Assembly: GCA_000165425.1 (NCBI GenBank)
Contig: CT868185.1
Span: 186,001-250,000, forward strand
Direction: 5' to 3'
DNA length: 64,000 nt
Source of the DNA: Paramecium tetraurelia
Taxonomy: Eukaryota
Both the position numbers and the translations under genes were made by a program. Shown here one piece after another: positions 12,315 through 25,241 of this stretch. Each line of letters begins with the position of its first letter. The first letter of the stretch is position 1. The notes beneath the pieces are model-generated. The model was not told where the DNA came from. It saw only the letters and a program-made list of their open reading frames with translations, and searched no databases.

Positions 12315-15043
12315 ATGAGACTTAATACTCAATTACCTCCAAAGCATAATTTCAATGCTTCTTTTAATTACGATTGGGATTTATTGAATAAGAAAAGAGA
12401 AATCGAAATGCTTAGACCTAAAGAAATTTGTCCAAAACGCAATCACTCATTCCATACTAGTTCAAATGATTGTGATAAATCTGTACATAATCGGTCTTTT
12501 GAGAAATCTATGTAAGAAACAGAAAAGGTGAGTTCAAGAATGCAAACTGAATTTGGCTAATTGAAAACCCTCATTTAGAAAAGGCGTGATGAGATTGAAA
12601 AATAGCAAAGACAATAGGATCTCAAACTCTCAATATCAATACCCTAATAAACCATCAAGGAGGAGATGAAAAAATAAAAATAAGAAGCTCCATAATTCAA
12701 TTACTATTAAACATTCAAACCCATTTTCGCAAAATTAAATTCATTAATTGAGAACTCCAATACTAAAGAGCAGGATAGACAAAGATTAGTGACCTTATTC
12801 GATTCTATCGATTAAGAATCCATCAAAAAGAACAATGAACCAGAATAAATGTTTTAAATAGTTGAATAATTGGTGAAAGAATTTGTTATTCCCACCTTAG
12901 AACAATAAACTCCACCTCAATAAAATTCAAAAAGAAGCTCTTTGTAAACACAATCCTCAAATTTTATTAAGTAATTGCCATCTCACTAACAGATACCTAA
13001 ATCCATTGAGTAATCAATTAATTTTAAGAATGTGTTTGAATTGTAATATAAAAATCCTTGGTAATTTTACACTTAAATAAAGAACAATGATGGTGGATAT
13101 TATGAATACTGTGTCAATTATAGGATTGTAACTGGAGAATCTTTAAACTGCTTTAACATCTCAAAATCTTAGTCATATTAACTAAAAAACTAATAGTCCA
13201 ACATATAATTGGATTATAGATAAATCAAATAGTCCTTAATATAAAAGCAGATATTAAGTATTGATGATTAATTTTCTCTTGTGCCAGTAACTCACTTTTA
13301 AAAGAAAGTAATTTATGCGTTGAGTTACCCCTCTTAGTACTGTAAGCAAATTTAACAATATATCGGATTGAATGTTAGTAATCATCAATGTAAAATGGAG
13401 TTGGGAATAAATAAGCTGAATAAAGTTATTTAACTGTAATAAAGATAGAGAAGATAATTGGTTTTTTCGAGAATGACCTAATTTATGAACCAATTAAGAA
13501 AACTAAAAAGGCTAATTCAATCATTTGGATTTAAGAGATTGAAATAGAATTATTATTCAACAAAACTTTCAAGAAGTATCAATAACAATCTTTGTAAGTT
13601 AATACTCTAAGCAGCAAAATAAGTAAAAAAAGATCAAAAGAATTACACAACTTAACTGTTCATGTTATTGCAAAAGTACTAATGTAGACTGAAAAGTAAT
13701 GCAATAACTCAATTAATTGGGAATGATGATTTAATTATTATGTTATAAGGATTACAATCTGAGAACTCAATAGAGATGTATTTATAATAAGTAGCTCAGT
13801 TGATGGGCGAAAAATTAGCAGTCTCCATTTTAAATATTGAGATTTTATCATTAACTTCCTATTTACCTGAATATGGGTTGATATAAGAGTATTTTGAAGA
13901 CGTTGATGACATCTCGCAATTCAACACTCTTTACTAATTAACTTTAAATATAAATACTGAGTTAATGAATAATTAGAATATTGAATTTGAGAATCGACAT
14001 ATTTGGAAGGTTAATGATGAGATATTCTTAATAACCTCATCTAATATGTAGACTCATTATTTGAGTAAAATAGCTTTAATTTTAACAAATGGAATCAATA
14101 GTTTAAGATAGAAATATTTGGAGTTTTTTAAATTCGCAAGATTGAAAGTGGAATAGCATCAATAGAAGATGAAGTCTAAATTTTTTAATAGATGGAGAAG
14201 CAATCAAAGTGTATTTGTTGATCAATTAAGAAATGAACTCGTTTGTTCTAAATAAGAATAAGATCAATCTTAAAGATTAATTTACTAATATGAATTGGAA
14301 TTATAGAATATGCAAATATAAAATGCATTGAAATCAAAATGCTTAAGTAGTGCCTTGTTGGAAAATACTTTATCAAAGAGAGAGAATGAAATGTCATTAA
14401 AAGAGACCTTCTTTAAGTTATGGAGAAGTAAAAATAGTAACATGAGACATTTTGAGTAGAGAGTGGAAACAGGATTGTTTTTATTGGAATCGGCAGTTTT
14501 CAAAATTGAGTAATGCTAATTAGATAAAGCATTCAGAGAAATAGCATTCGCATATACTCAACCTACTGGCACAATACCAACTAGTCCAATCTTAAAGAAT
14601 ACGAAAAGGAGTTTCCATACAAGAGAATAGACAAGGAGAAGCTAAGAGGAATTAGAGTAATCAGTATTATGGGATGTGCATCAAATGAAGATTCATACAC
14701 CAAATACTCATAAGGGATAATCCTTATCTCCTATCACTGCTCATACTATCAACCAATCTTTTCTTATTGAGAATGAATCCTTGTATCAATATCACTCATA
14801 AAGATGGTAAGAGTTTTAATCATTATTATTAGTACATAATAGCCTAAGAAGAAGGCATAGTAACAGTAATCCTCGCATTTGGATTAAGAGAATGTACAAT
14901 CACAGAATAAAATCTATTCTCAAAGGACTAAGGATTTTGTTCGTAAAATATCTTAGCCAAAACAGTAATAACAACAAAACCATAGGAGAATAAATTCAAC
15001 ATAACCAGGAAGTTCTTTTTCATTTTATGATTTATAACATTGA
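12315..15043 (+). CDS. Uncharacterised ~900 aa protein with coiled-coil segments
   Basis: Long open frame in code 6 with one 26-nt intron (14807-14832); TGA at 15041-15043. Confidence 0.7.
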
Positions 15044-15049
15044 TTAATT

Positions 15050-16493
15050 TCATTAAGATCTGTTAATGTTGAGTTTCTTTAATTTTCTCTAAAAAGAATT
15101 CGCTATGCTTAATTGACTTGTGCTTTATTCTAATTATTTCACCAACCCTTGCATGCTCAATCCAACCTGAGTTAAGGATTACACTTTTTTTTTGCATTCA
15201 GCCATTGGAGATATCTTGGATTCCAAATATTTGAAGTATGTTCTATTGTCACTTGTTTTTATGTCAATAATGTTGATGGGAGGCAATGCTTACTTACCCT
15301 TTAATTCTGGAAGTCTCAATCGATTGTCAAATCCCTTTTTATTTTGCTTATCAACATAAATATTCTTAATTAGTTTTCTCTTATATTAATTCCAATTCCT
15401 CTTCTCTTCATACAATAATTTGAGATCATCATCTTCAGGATATTATTTAATTTATTTTTGATACGCTTCCAATCTATCCGAAGGCACAATCATCTTTAAA
15501 TTGAATGAACTAATTGAAACAATCTCAGAAGGAATAGAAGTGATATAAGAGCATTGTGACTCTTCTTCATTTAATAAAGCAAAATCGCCGAAGATCTCAC
15601 CATCTCCTAATTCATCAATTTCAAAGTAGACATCTTAGTTAAATAAATCAGTGCTGCTTGTTGTTTATCCTCTAATCAATGAAGATGGATAATCTTCCAG
15701 GTTCCATTTAATTTTTTTGATTGCTTTTACCCTTCCACTTTTGATTATATACATTTAGGTTGGTTCAACTCCTTATTTTAAGAGAATTTACTGGGATGGG
15801 TACATTAGCAATTAACATTTTGTACATAGTTAAACTAGTAGATCTTTGTTGAACATTTGGAATACAGGAAGAGATTCTAAAAATTAAAGTAGTTTATTGA
15901 GTGCAACTGTTTTCATTTCATTGGTATTATCCATGGTTTTCATATATTCTTGAAATGCATCTTTTTCTAAAACGATTAAGTCACTTCTCTCATTTGCAAT
16001 TACTGTAGCTGTTCTCTTTGAATTATAGAGCAAAGAGATTTCTCCAAACGCATCACCTTTACCCAATTAAGCTATTTCTTTCTATATAAAACAAACTACT
16101 CTTACAAGTTGCATGAAATTCTTAAATTCGGTCGGTTCATCTATGTACACTTTGACACTTCCATTCAAGATTACATAGAATGCATCACCTTAATCGCCTT
16201 ATTTAAAGATATATTATCGTTTTTCATAGGTTTTGAGATAGAGATTTTTACATAATTCCAAGAAGTCAGGTTTTTGTTTGTATTGGGAGAGGAATTTAAT
16301 TTACTAAAGTAGATATAATTTTTAGGAGATTTACTTGGGCAATCTCAGCAATATCTTTACAGATTGGTTGAGTTCTTTATTCGATTGGTACTTATAAAAG
16401 TAGTTTAAGTTTTTCAGTTTAATAGATAAATTTCTTTTTATTTTACTCTTCCTCATCTTGACTGGTTTCTGTAACAGTTCTTTATTCCAACAT
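15050..16493 (-). CDS. Tandem cyclic nucleotide-binding domain protein
   Basis: CNB1: IFKQGDQGDAFYVILNGSV..LGKGDAFGEISLLYNSKRTATV. CNB2: LFKQGVEPTQMYIIKSGRV..LGDGEIFGDFALL. Short introns present. Confidence 0.85.
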
Positions 16494-16526
16494 TGCAATA
16501 AATAAATATATATATAAATATTAAAA

Positions 16527-17717
16527 ATGTTTATAAAAAACTTCTTTAAAAAACAATCAAGATTCGAGAGGAAACTGTTTGAATCCTCGATATTTGATAA
16601 TCAAGAAACTGTTGATTTGGAAGACGTAAAATAAATGCTACAAGGTATATTGGATATAATTAAAATAGGGTTTCCTTGTCTATCTGAAATTGACTAATTA
16701 GTTTAAAGTATGACCTTAGTTTAAGTGTGTCGTGAATTTCTGAGGCTCATCCCACAAACACTAGATAACCATAAAAAACTAAAAGTTCTCCTCACGATGC
16801 ACGTGTTAATGGGCGACGTCAAACATGGTAGATTATTTGTGTAGTAATTGAATTGTTTCAATGGATGGGCACCTGTTAATAAGGATGAAATCTTAAACAA
16901 GTTCATCGGAATTCAAACTATGATAATCCATAAACTGGCTAGCATATAGGATATTTGCAATAGGAGCAAATTCAAAACCAATATTGAGATTTTTTTCAAA
17001 GATATCGATACCTCAGTCATTCAATTTTACAAAGCTATTAATTGTCTAAACTTCATTCTAGCTTAATATGATGTATGAATTCTCTACTATTTTCAGCTAT
17101 TCCTCAGTATTTCTAAATTGCACAACAGAACCGTAGTAATGGAAATTTACTTGCTCATCTGGAACGATCTAATAGCCATGTATTTGATGCTTGAAAGGTA
17201 CGGTTTATGAATTCTCTTTTTAAGTATTGTAGGTTCATACGACAATTTATGGAGTGCTATACTTAACTTGATCAAAAATAAGCACTGTAAGTCTATGAAC
17301 TGTTTAATGAATATAACAAATTAACAGCGTCTGTGAGATAATTCGGATCCATCAGCAACAATTTTAAAAATTGCAATATTTCCCAGCCAAAGTAATCCCA
17401 TATTTCATTTTAGATGGTACATACCAACAAAAAGGGAGTAGGATGAATTACAGTTATATTTTTAGAATGTTAAAATATATCTAACAAGTAGAACAAAAAG
17501 ATAGAAAATTGAAAAGTCTGCTTCTTAGGTCTTGAGGGTTTGTCAAAGCACAGATAGGAACTATAGAAAATCAACTTCATTTGTTGGGCAAAAAGGAGAT
17601 AATTTTCTTTAAAATACTACTTTAGGGTATATGAAGAAAATATCTACTGCCGTAAATCCAATTGCATTCTAATACACATTTGAGAGTGAATCAAAAACTG
17701 AAATATAATAGAAATGA
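16527..17717 (+). CDS. ENTH/ANTH-like domain protein (tentative)
   Basis: Multi-intron ORF. KKLKVLLTMHVLMGDVKHG resembles the ANTH KxLxxxHxxxxxG helix; low-complexity C-terminus. Confidence 0.5.
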
Positions 17718-17760
17718 TTTATATATCAAAATTTATGATATTGAAACATATATAAATCAA

Positions 17761-19566
17761 TCAAATTTTTTATGCAAAATATTTAACGTCAATATCCTGA
17801 TCTTATTGTAGAATTCTTGCTTTATTTTTGAATTCATTCTGTGCCTTGTTGTCTAATTTATTTTAAATGGCAGTGAATAATTTGAAAACGTTCAATCTAA
17901 CATTAGGAACCTTATCATTCAAAGATTTCTGTGTAATTTCCTTGTTTAATAGGATATATTGAATACTTTAAACTAATTTACTAGATCATCTTTTGATAAT
18001 ACATTCTTTAATTTGGCCATACTATGCATAGCAGATACTCTATAGATATAATTTGGTTATTCAAATTGTTTATTGATGCATTTTAAAATAAATTCTCTTA
18101 TCTTATCATATCCAAAGGTCTCGCTCAATTAGACTAGATTATCAATGGCCTAGTCCCTAATTGCCTGGTAGTGATTCAACACTCCTTTCTCAAGATAAAT
18201 CTCCTATAATTCTAAGAAACTGTCATAGCCTGCCACCTTGAGAAGTTTGGGTATGATTGACATCATTTCCAATCTGTATCTCCATTGTTTCTCTGAAGCA
18301 AAAGTGGATATAAGAGGAACCAAATGTTTTTTGGAATTGTCTTGTCCTATTGCTTAAGATAGTTGATCCAAATTGTGAGCTAGTTTGATTTTGATTTCAA
18401 CAACATCGTCTTTAATTAATGTTGTAATCAAGGGTATAAAACTTTGCAAAACAATTTAAACAGAGTATTATTTCGAAATTTTACAAATTTGTTCAGCCAA
18501 AGACATTCTAACATGTTACGAGGTGTCTGTGGATAGAGTTTAGAATAATGGTAGGAATAAATCTTTGCTGGAGGAGGGTAATTCTTTTAATAAATGATAG
18601 ATCGATATAAGTGCCATGGATCTGACTTCAGGTTCTGTGTCTTTGAGTAATTATTAGAAGACAGGAACTGCTTGATTTTTTAGAATAGTTTTATTTTTAT
18701 CTAATAATTTGAAAAAGTATTGTTACTTAGTTTGACAATGATGTCAATTATACTTTCCAAACACTCTGGAACGGTGTATCTGACTCGCCAGCTTTTTTCA
18801 TTGGGATCAGCCAATGCGAAGTAGCCTTGCAGTTGAGTTTCTAAATCATGTTCGTCATCAATTAATTTGAGCATATATTGTGACCCTTCGATTGCTTTGA
18901 TTTTGACACTGTCGATGGGATCTTTGAGGAGTGCTTCCCATAATTGTAACAATTGTTGTGGTTAGCATTTCATTTTGGCAAGATCTGACAAGACTCCAGC
19001 ACAAACTCTTCTGACCATAGGTGTATCATCTCCACATAGTTATTTGAATAAGTCCCAAAGAGTGCTCTATTTTTCATTTGAGACATGTTTGTAAGTGAGT
19101 GGGAGGAGACTGGCTGCAGATATTCTGGAAGGAAAGTTGTCCCATTGGCCGAGTTATTGGACAATTTAAAAAAAGTGATTTTCAAAAAAACCTAAAAATG
19201 AATTGAAAGGGAGGGATTACTGTTTGGCATTCCTTCTGCTAGCAAGATTAAGGATTCGACTGCTTTATCTCTCACCAATGGCTCTTCCATGGAACTTAGA
19301 ATTTCAAGTGGCGCATTAAGCAAATGAACATTGGCCCCTGTGAAAGGTTTGAGATTGACTAATTCCTTGGCTAATTTGATTAGGAATTCGTCTTCATTGT
19401 CCTATTCTTCTATGATATCAATTAAATAAGGGATGAGTTCTTGGCAAGTCCTTGAAGGTCCGAGGATTTGTGCAATGGATACTATTTTGGATACAGCATT
19501 GAGTTTGAGATTGGGATCATCACTTTTGAGTTCTTCAATGAAAATAGTACAGTCTTCTTCGTCCAT
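17761..19566 (-). CDS. PPP2R1A: Protein phosphatase 2A scaffold (A/PR65) subunit, HEAT repeats
   Basis: FIEELKSDDPNLKLNAVSKIVSIAQILGPSRTCQELIPYL, DDTPMVRR, EKSWRVRY, DTEPEVRS, KQWRYRLE, DKVPNVRLN, DIDVKYFA. Confidence 0.93.
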
Positions 19567-19606
19567 TTTAAAAAATAATTGGATTTAGTTTAATTAATTT
19601 CGTTAA

Positions 19607-20383
19607 ATGAACAGACAAGAGAAATAGGAAGTCGAATCAGGATTGCGCAATCTTTTGGAGGAAGTATTGAGAGTTTAAATAATTAAATCAGATGATGATA
19701 TTTAGTAATGAGAAGATATCTGGGATCGAGTACTGTGATTGTCAAGATCTAATACAGCGAATCAGCAAGTTGTTTCGATAACTGAAGAACAGTAATCTTG
19801 AATACAAAAAGTTGGAATCCGTATTGTAATAATAGGAAGCAGACATACGTAATCACATAAGTGTATGAAGACATTTTTAATTTTAGTTAGAATAGCAGAT
19901 GAAGTTATATTAAGATGGTCTTTAATCTAAGTTGGAGGAGGCCAATTCTGAAGTCAAGAGACTCCAATCGGAAGTGTATAAATTAAGGAAATCTAAGTAT
20001 GAATAAAGTATGATAGTTGTTAATCAGAATCGAAGAAAAAGGATTAGAGTCACGATGGGTCTACTTCGTATCGACAGGGTTCTCCAAAGAAACAATGCTC
20101 CTTCTCTCAACATGGAGGATATGCTTCCCATAGAAGTTCATGTGATGAACTCTTTAAGAGATACAATAAATTGCTGTAACAATAGTAGGCCTCGATAAGT
20201 CAACGATCAAATAACATATAGATTAGTTAGTATATGATGAAAGGACGGTAGACACTAGCAGAAATCGTTAATATTCAACCAAGCAGGAGTCAGACGAAAC
20301 ACAATAGCAGTAGTGTGAATAAGAGTGGATATAACAATTCGATCAATTCAGAGGCAATAAGAAACTTGTTGAAAATGAAATGA
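19607..20383 (+). CDS. Uncharacterised coiled-coil protein
   Basis: ATG19607, short introns, heptad segment QQQEADIRNHISLEQQMKLYQDGLQSKLEE; TGA at 20381-20383. Confidence 0.65.
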
Positions 20384-20410
20384 ATTATAAATTGTTTAAA
20401 TAATAATTTT

Positions 20411-22949
20411 ATGAATATTGTGATTTTCATTCTACCAATTGTATATGCCTGCATAGACTCATTCGATTGTTTTACAGACAGTTCCAGATTTACTTGCAAT
20501 GGGGAACCCTGTCCAGGAAATCTAACAGAACTAGATAACTTTGTGACATTTACAAACAATCTTTCCATGTACTATTAATTAGATGCTAATAACATTACTC
20601 TGTTATTCGAATTGCAATTATGCTAGAGATTTGCCATTGTGTTTAATTACACAAAAATGAATGAAATCAATAAAACTTATGATGAATATGACATTACCGG
20701 CAAAGACATCATTTTCTTCAGTTGGGCACAAACCTATGATGATTTGTATGTTAATGACAACATTGGAGCATCTGCAACCGCATTTATTTGGGACGAATAA
20801 AAGGGAGGATATTAAAGTTGGCACATTTTGGGATATGCCATAATAAATGAAACAATTAGAATCAAAATCACTAGAGCCATTCATACAGATGATAACGAGG
20901 ATTATCAATTTAGTTACCAATTTGTTGATATTGGATATCTCATAGTCTATGATAAGGAAGGATTGGTCTATAGAAATTATAATAGAGGAGTAGTCACTGT
21001 GGATTTGTATAACTTAGATAGTGAGGCAGAGAAATACGAACAATTTACAGACGAAGGACATTCTATTTTCCTCTTTATCTTTTGGAGTTTCATGTCAGAT
21101 ATTGGAATCTTCTTTGGTAGATAATTAAAGAGCTATCCAAAATATGCTAAAGTTCACGGAATGATATTCCTATTCTAGAGCATTGTGACCTATATCTTTG
21201 CTTTCAGTAAAATCGAATACAGTACTTTATATTTATAATATTCCAGATAAGTTGAAGATCCAAGAAATCTATTATTATGATGGGTTGGTTATAGCTCATT
21301 TTATAGTCGGAGTCTTGATACTGAGTTTTCTGTTGCTTCAATTGATGATGGGCATGATTGTCAAAAACAATCTAGAATCTTTGAATGGATCCAATAAAAT
21401 CTATAAAGTGAAGAGAATACACTTCTATCTTGGTTACTTCATATATTTTGTTACCAAAGCTTAGGTAGCCATGGGAGTACATATTCAAAGGCCAGATTTA
21501 TTGTAACATTCAAATCATTCAATTTAGAATTCCCTTCTATTACTTCTACGTATTTCTCTTCTTTACCAAAATGTCAATCGAAATACTCTACTACTATGAA
21601 GTGTCCATAATACCAAGGCACAGAATCACCTATCAGTATGTAGAATTAGACAAGAATCAGATCTATGAAAATTTGATTGACAAAATCAATTAGAATGGTA
21701 ATAATCATGAGTAATATATCAATTAGTTCCAAGAAATCAATTAGTTAAAGAATATTAGAAATTAAATTACATCATTCTCAGAGAAGCCATTTATGATGTC
21801 AGTGACTTTAACCATCCAGGAGGTTAGTATATCCTAGAGAGGATTACTGGAAGGGAAATTGGTCGATACTTTTATGGAGGATTCCCAATTTAAAATTTAA
21901 ATATCAAAATGCACATACATACTTAATTTGCAATCAATTACATTGAAACTAGATACTTAGGAGATTATAGAAATGACAATTGTCCACTCTTATATTATGA
22001 GGAAAATACGTCTCAAATTGATAAATATGTATGGAAATTTGAACAATACATCCCATTTGCCTAAGATGTTGGCTTATTCATATTCAAAAGTCACTTCTTT
22101 TAGGTTCGCCAATTTTTGAAAGGCGTTTAATGGTTTGGTCGATACTTCTATATTAAACCATTTGGAACTGGTATCAAACTGGCAGAAAGACCTTACTCAA
22201 TTGTCATGTCATACACTCATTCTGCCATCCTCAAGAGACAACAACTACTAGACTTTTTCAAATCTTAAGTCATTGAATAGGATTTTTAACCCTTCTCCCC
22301 TTAGCAATAGGCCACCTTGTCTGATGAAATTAATTTTGTTGTGAAGAGATGTGATTTCTCTAACAACATGAGTCGATTCCTTCATGGCACAGGTCACAAA
22401 CCATATGAAATAACAGGACCCTATGGCTTTGGTTTGGAATTAGATGCTCTCTCTGATGGAATTCATTATGCATTTGTTCAAGGCACTGGAATTTTGCCAT
22501 TCCTTGATCTTATAGATTACCTTCTAAAAAAAGCTATCTATACGATTCTACATGATCAAAGAAGCAAGGAAGTAGCTGATTGCATAAATGATAACAATGA
22601 AGAATATCTGACTACTTTAGGTCCAGACTTCTAGTTAATAATTCATGCAGCTTTTAGCGATATTGCTCATCTTTATGGACTTCCAATTATTTAGGATTTG
22701 CTGTTTATTTGTAAAACCTTTTAATTAGACTTTTTTGATATTAAGATTATGATCAAGGACCGTAGCAATATTCCAGAGGAGTTGGCAAATTATATGGTTG
22801 AATCATATTTCAATCTTAAATATATGAAGGAACACTTAAAATTCAAACCCACAAAAGTGTACGTTTGCGGAAGTCCTCAATTTGAAGAAGAAATTCAAAC
22901 CAATTTATTTGATCTTGGAATACCAAAAAAATATTTAGTTATTGTGTGA
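20411..22949 (+). CDS. DOMON-like + cytochrome b561 + cytochrome b5 + FAD/NAD(P)H (FNR-type) fusion oxidoreductase (819 aa)
   Basis: Signal peptide. DOMON-like IKITRAIHTDDNEDY. b561 His residues in EGHSIF, KVHGM, IAHFIVG, RIHFYLG. b5 YDVSDFNHPGG..HIHT. FNR ERPYSI, ITGPYG, VQGTGILPF, VYVCGSP. Introns 21222-21246, 21503-21527, 21698-21726. Confidence 0.88.
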
Positions 22950-22956
22950 ATATAAA

Positions 22957-25203
22957 TCATAACAACTATCCTCTCTCTCTTGTAGTTAACAAGGTAGTCA
23001 AGTATCCTTAGACTACAGTATCCATCTCTCCTCTTTGTAATCGTTGGATTTCCTCTTCCATCAAGGAGACAATTGATAATTTAGTTTCTCTTGATTTTAT
23101 TGATAAATTCAATAATCCTTTGGCAGCCAATCTTTGAGCATCAACTCTGTAGCTTTCTCTCAAGACCTTCAAGAAGAATTCAATTCCCTTAAGATGTAGT
23201 ATTTATGGTCTAATGTAGTCATTAATAGCCAAATTTGATAATGTTTATAGGGCATTGTATTAAAACTCCTCTCCCTTCTATCCATCCAGAGTCCAATCCA
23301 TAAGGCTTTTGATATAATTTTCAAATTAGATTGATACATTATTAGTATTTTAGAGTCTCTGTGGGTCAGACATTAATGACAGTATTTTGATTCCCAACAT
23401 TTAAATTCTCGGATAGGCTGATTCAATCATGGTTATAACAGTGAGAACATCAACTTAAAAATCTGATAATTTAAGAGTGGCTGATAACATATCATAGAGT
23501 ATTGCTTAAAATTCTTTAGGTTAATAGGTGAATGCTTTCATGATTCTAGGTATTAGTTTTAATTTAAGACCTTCTTTGGCTCTTTCTTGATTCATGTTTT
23601 TAGATAATGCTTCTAAGACTCTTAACTACATACCCAAATAGTTGGGACTCATGGCTATTTCTAATAAATTGACAATCTTTTAAAATGCTTCTGGATTATC
23701 CATAATTTAGTGTATGGTTGTATCGATTCCATCACTCAAATTTTGAATAGCAAATTGCAACATTTCTTCGTTAGATTCTGTAGAAATCAAATTCAGATAA
23801 TCTTAGACCAATCCATCGAAGACCTACTATTGCATAGTTCCCCCATATTGATTGGGATTTCTATTGCTTTGAGGTCTATTGTTAATATTCAATTGAGGTT
23901 TGGAATAAACAGGATTCTGTTGAGGCGGTGGATAATTGGATTGCAAAGGTTAGGACTAGTATCCAAATTATTAAGGAGTTGGAGGCAGTTTGGGCATATT
24001 GGATTGCTAATATTGGTTTGATTCATTTTATTTGAATCCATATTGGTTTGAATCATTTTGCCTATAAGGATATTAATTGGAGTCATTTTATTTATAAGGA
24101 TATTGATTAAAATCTTATTGTTGTTATTCGAAGCCATTCTAATTTCTGATTCCAGCACTTCCTTGCCTTCTATTTGAATTTCTATTTGGTTATTCAAGTA
24201 TGGAAGGGACATACTCTTCATTTCTTCTTCTTGGTTGGGGTGGTAAATTAAGTTATAAAGGACCATCATAGGATCTGGGTTGGTAACAGTTGGTGAATTG
24301 TGGTCTGGATAGAAATGAGATGAGTTTGATGATTCTAGATCTTGTTTGAGCACTGACGAAATCCAATTTGGAGACAGACATAAGACTGTTTACAATTTGT
24401 GGAGTTTTATAGGAAGTGGAGAAGGCAGCTAGATTAGAGATTTGAAATATGGATACCACTTTTGGTGAGTATTTCTAATAGGTCTACAGTTAAATTGAGA
24501 AGAAACTGATCTTGAAAGATTAAATCGTTGGTCCAAAACTGGAGTAACTTAACTAGCAATTGAGAGATGAGTGCATATGATTGATCATCTAGGAATTGCA
24601 ATCTCTCGTTTTCAAATATTCTTTTTAACGTCAGGGCTGTGTTGTGATTTATTGCCTTCTGTTATAAGGAGAAACCCACAGGGATTATCAATTGCATAAT
24701 ATCCATTTACGTTTCTGGAGGTCCTAATTCAGCCTCTATGGTGTTAATCATATAAAATACCAGCTAGTTTTGCGATGATTGTTTAAGTGATGCTTTTCAA
24801 CATGAATGTTAATTCGTTCAAATCATGAGTCACATGCATCTTACCAATCAAGTCTTTCGTAAATGATTCTGGAATTGCTGACAATCTATCAGAATTCTTT
24901 AACAATTCACTAACCATGGAAGCATTGGATAAACTATAACCGAATTCATCTTCTAATTTGGCACAAACAAAGGTAGGTTCATGTGGAAAGAGATCAGCAA
25001 ATTCTCTTTCAATGTGTCTCTTTAACATCGAAATCTTGATGCTCACTGATAATTTAAAAGAATATACATGGTGCCATCACTGTCATCTTTTTATACTCTA
25101 CATTCGACTCTGAATCCTTTCTGATTGTTACAAATAATCTTATAGCTTAACCACCTCCCCCTTCCATTGGAGTTTCAATTCTTTTGTTATTATTCCATTC
25201 CAT
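22957..25203 (-). CDS. Uncharacterised protein: N-terminal ubiquitin-like-fold domain, Q/N/P-rich middle, C-terminal ARM-like helical repeats
   Basis: Starts MEWNNNKR. Segment LKRHIEREFADLFPHEPTFVCAKLEDEFGYSL; helical tail ALQTLSNLAINDYIRP. TGA at 22957-22959. Confidence 0.65.
24010..24105 (-). repeat. Coding 30-nt tandem repeat, about 3 copies (QYPYKQNDSN / QYPYRQNDSN / QYGFKQNESN)
   Basis: Units on + at about 24010, 24040 and 24070 (atattggtttgattcattttatttgaatcc and variants). Confidence 0.8.
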
Positions 25204-25241
25204 TTATAAGTAAGATTAAATTATAAAAAGTAAATATAAAA

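Noticed and set aside
24010..24105. 30-nt repeats as a CRISPR-like array
   Set aside because: Contiguous, in-frame, degenerate coding repeats without spacers, in a eukaryotic gene.
23710..24459. Several overlapping listed ORFs on both strands
   Set aside because: Shadow or alternate frames of the single minus-strand gene 22957-25203 once TAA/TAG are read as Gln.
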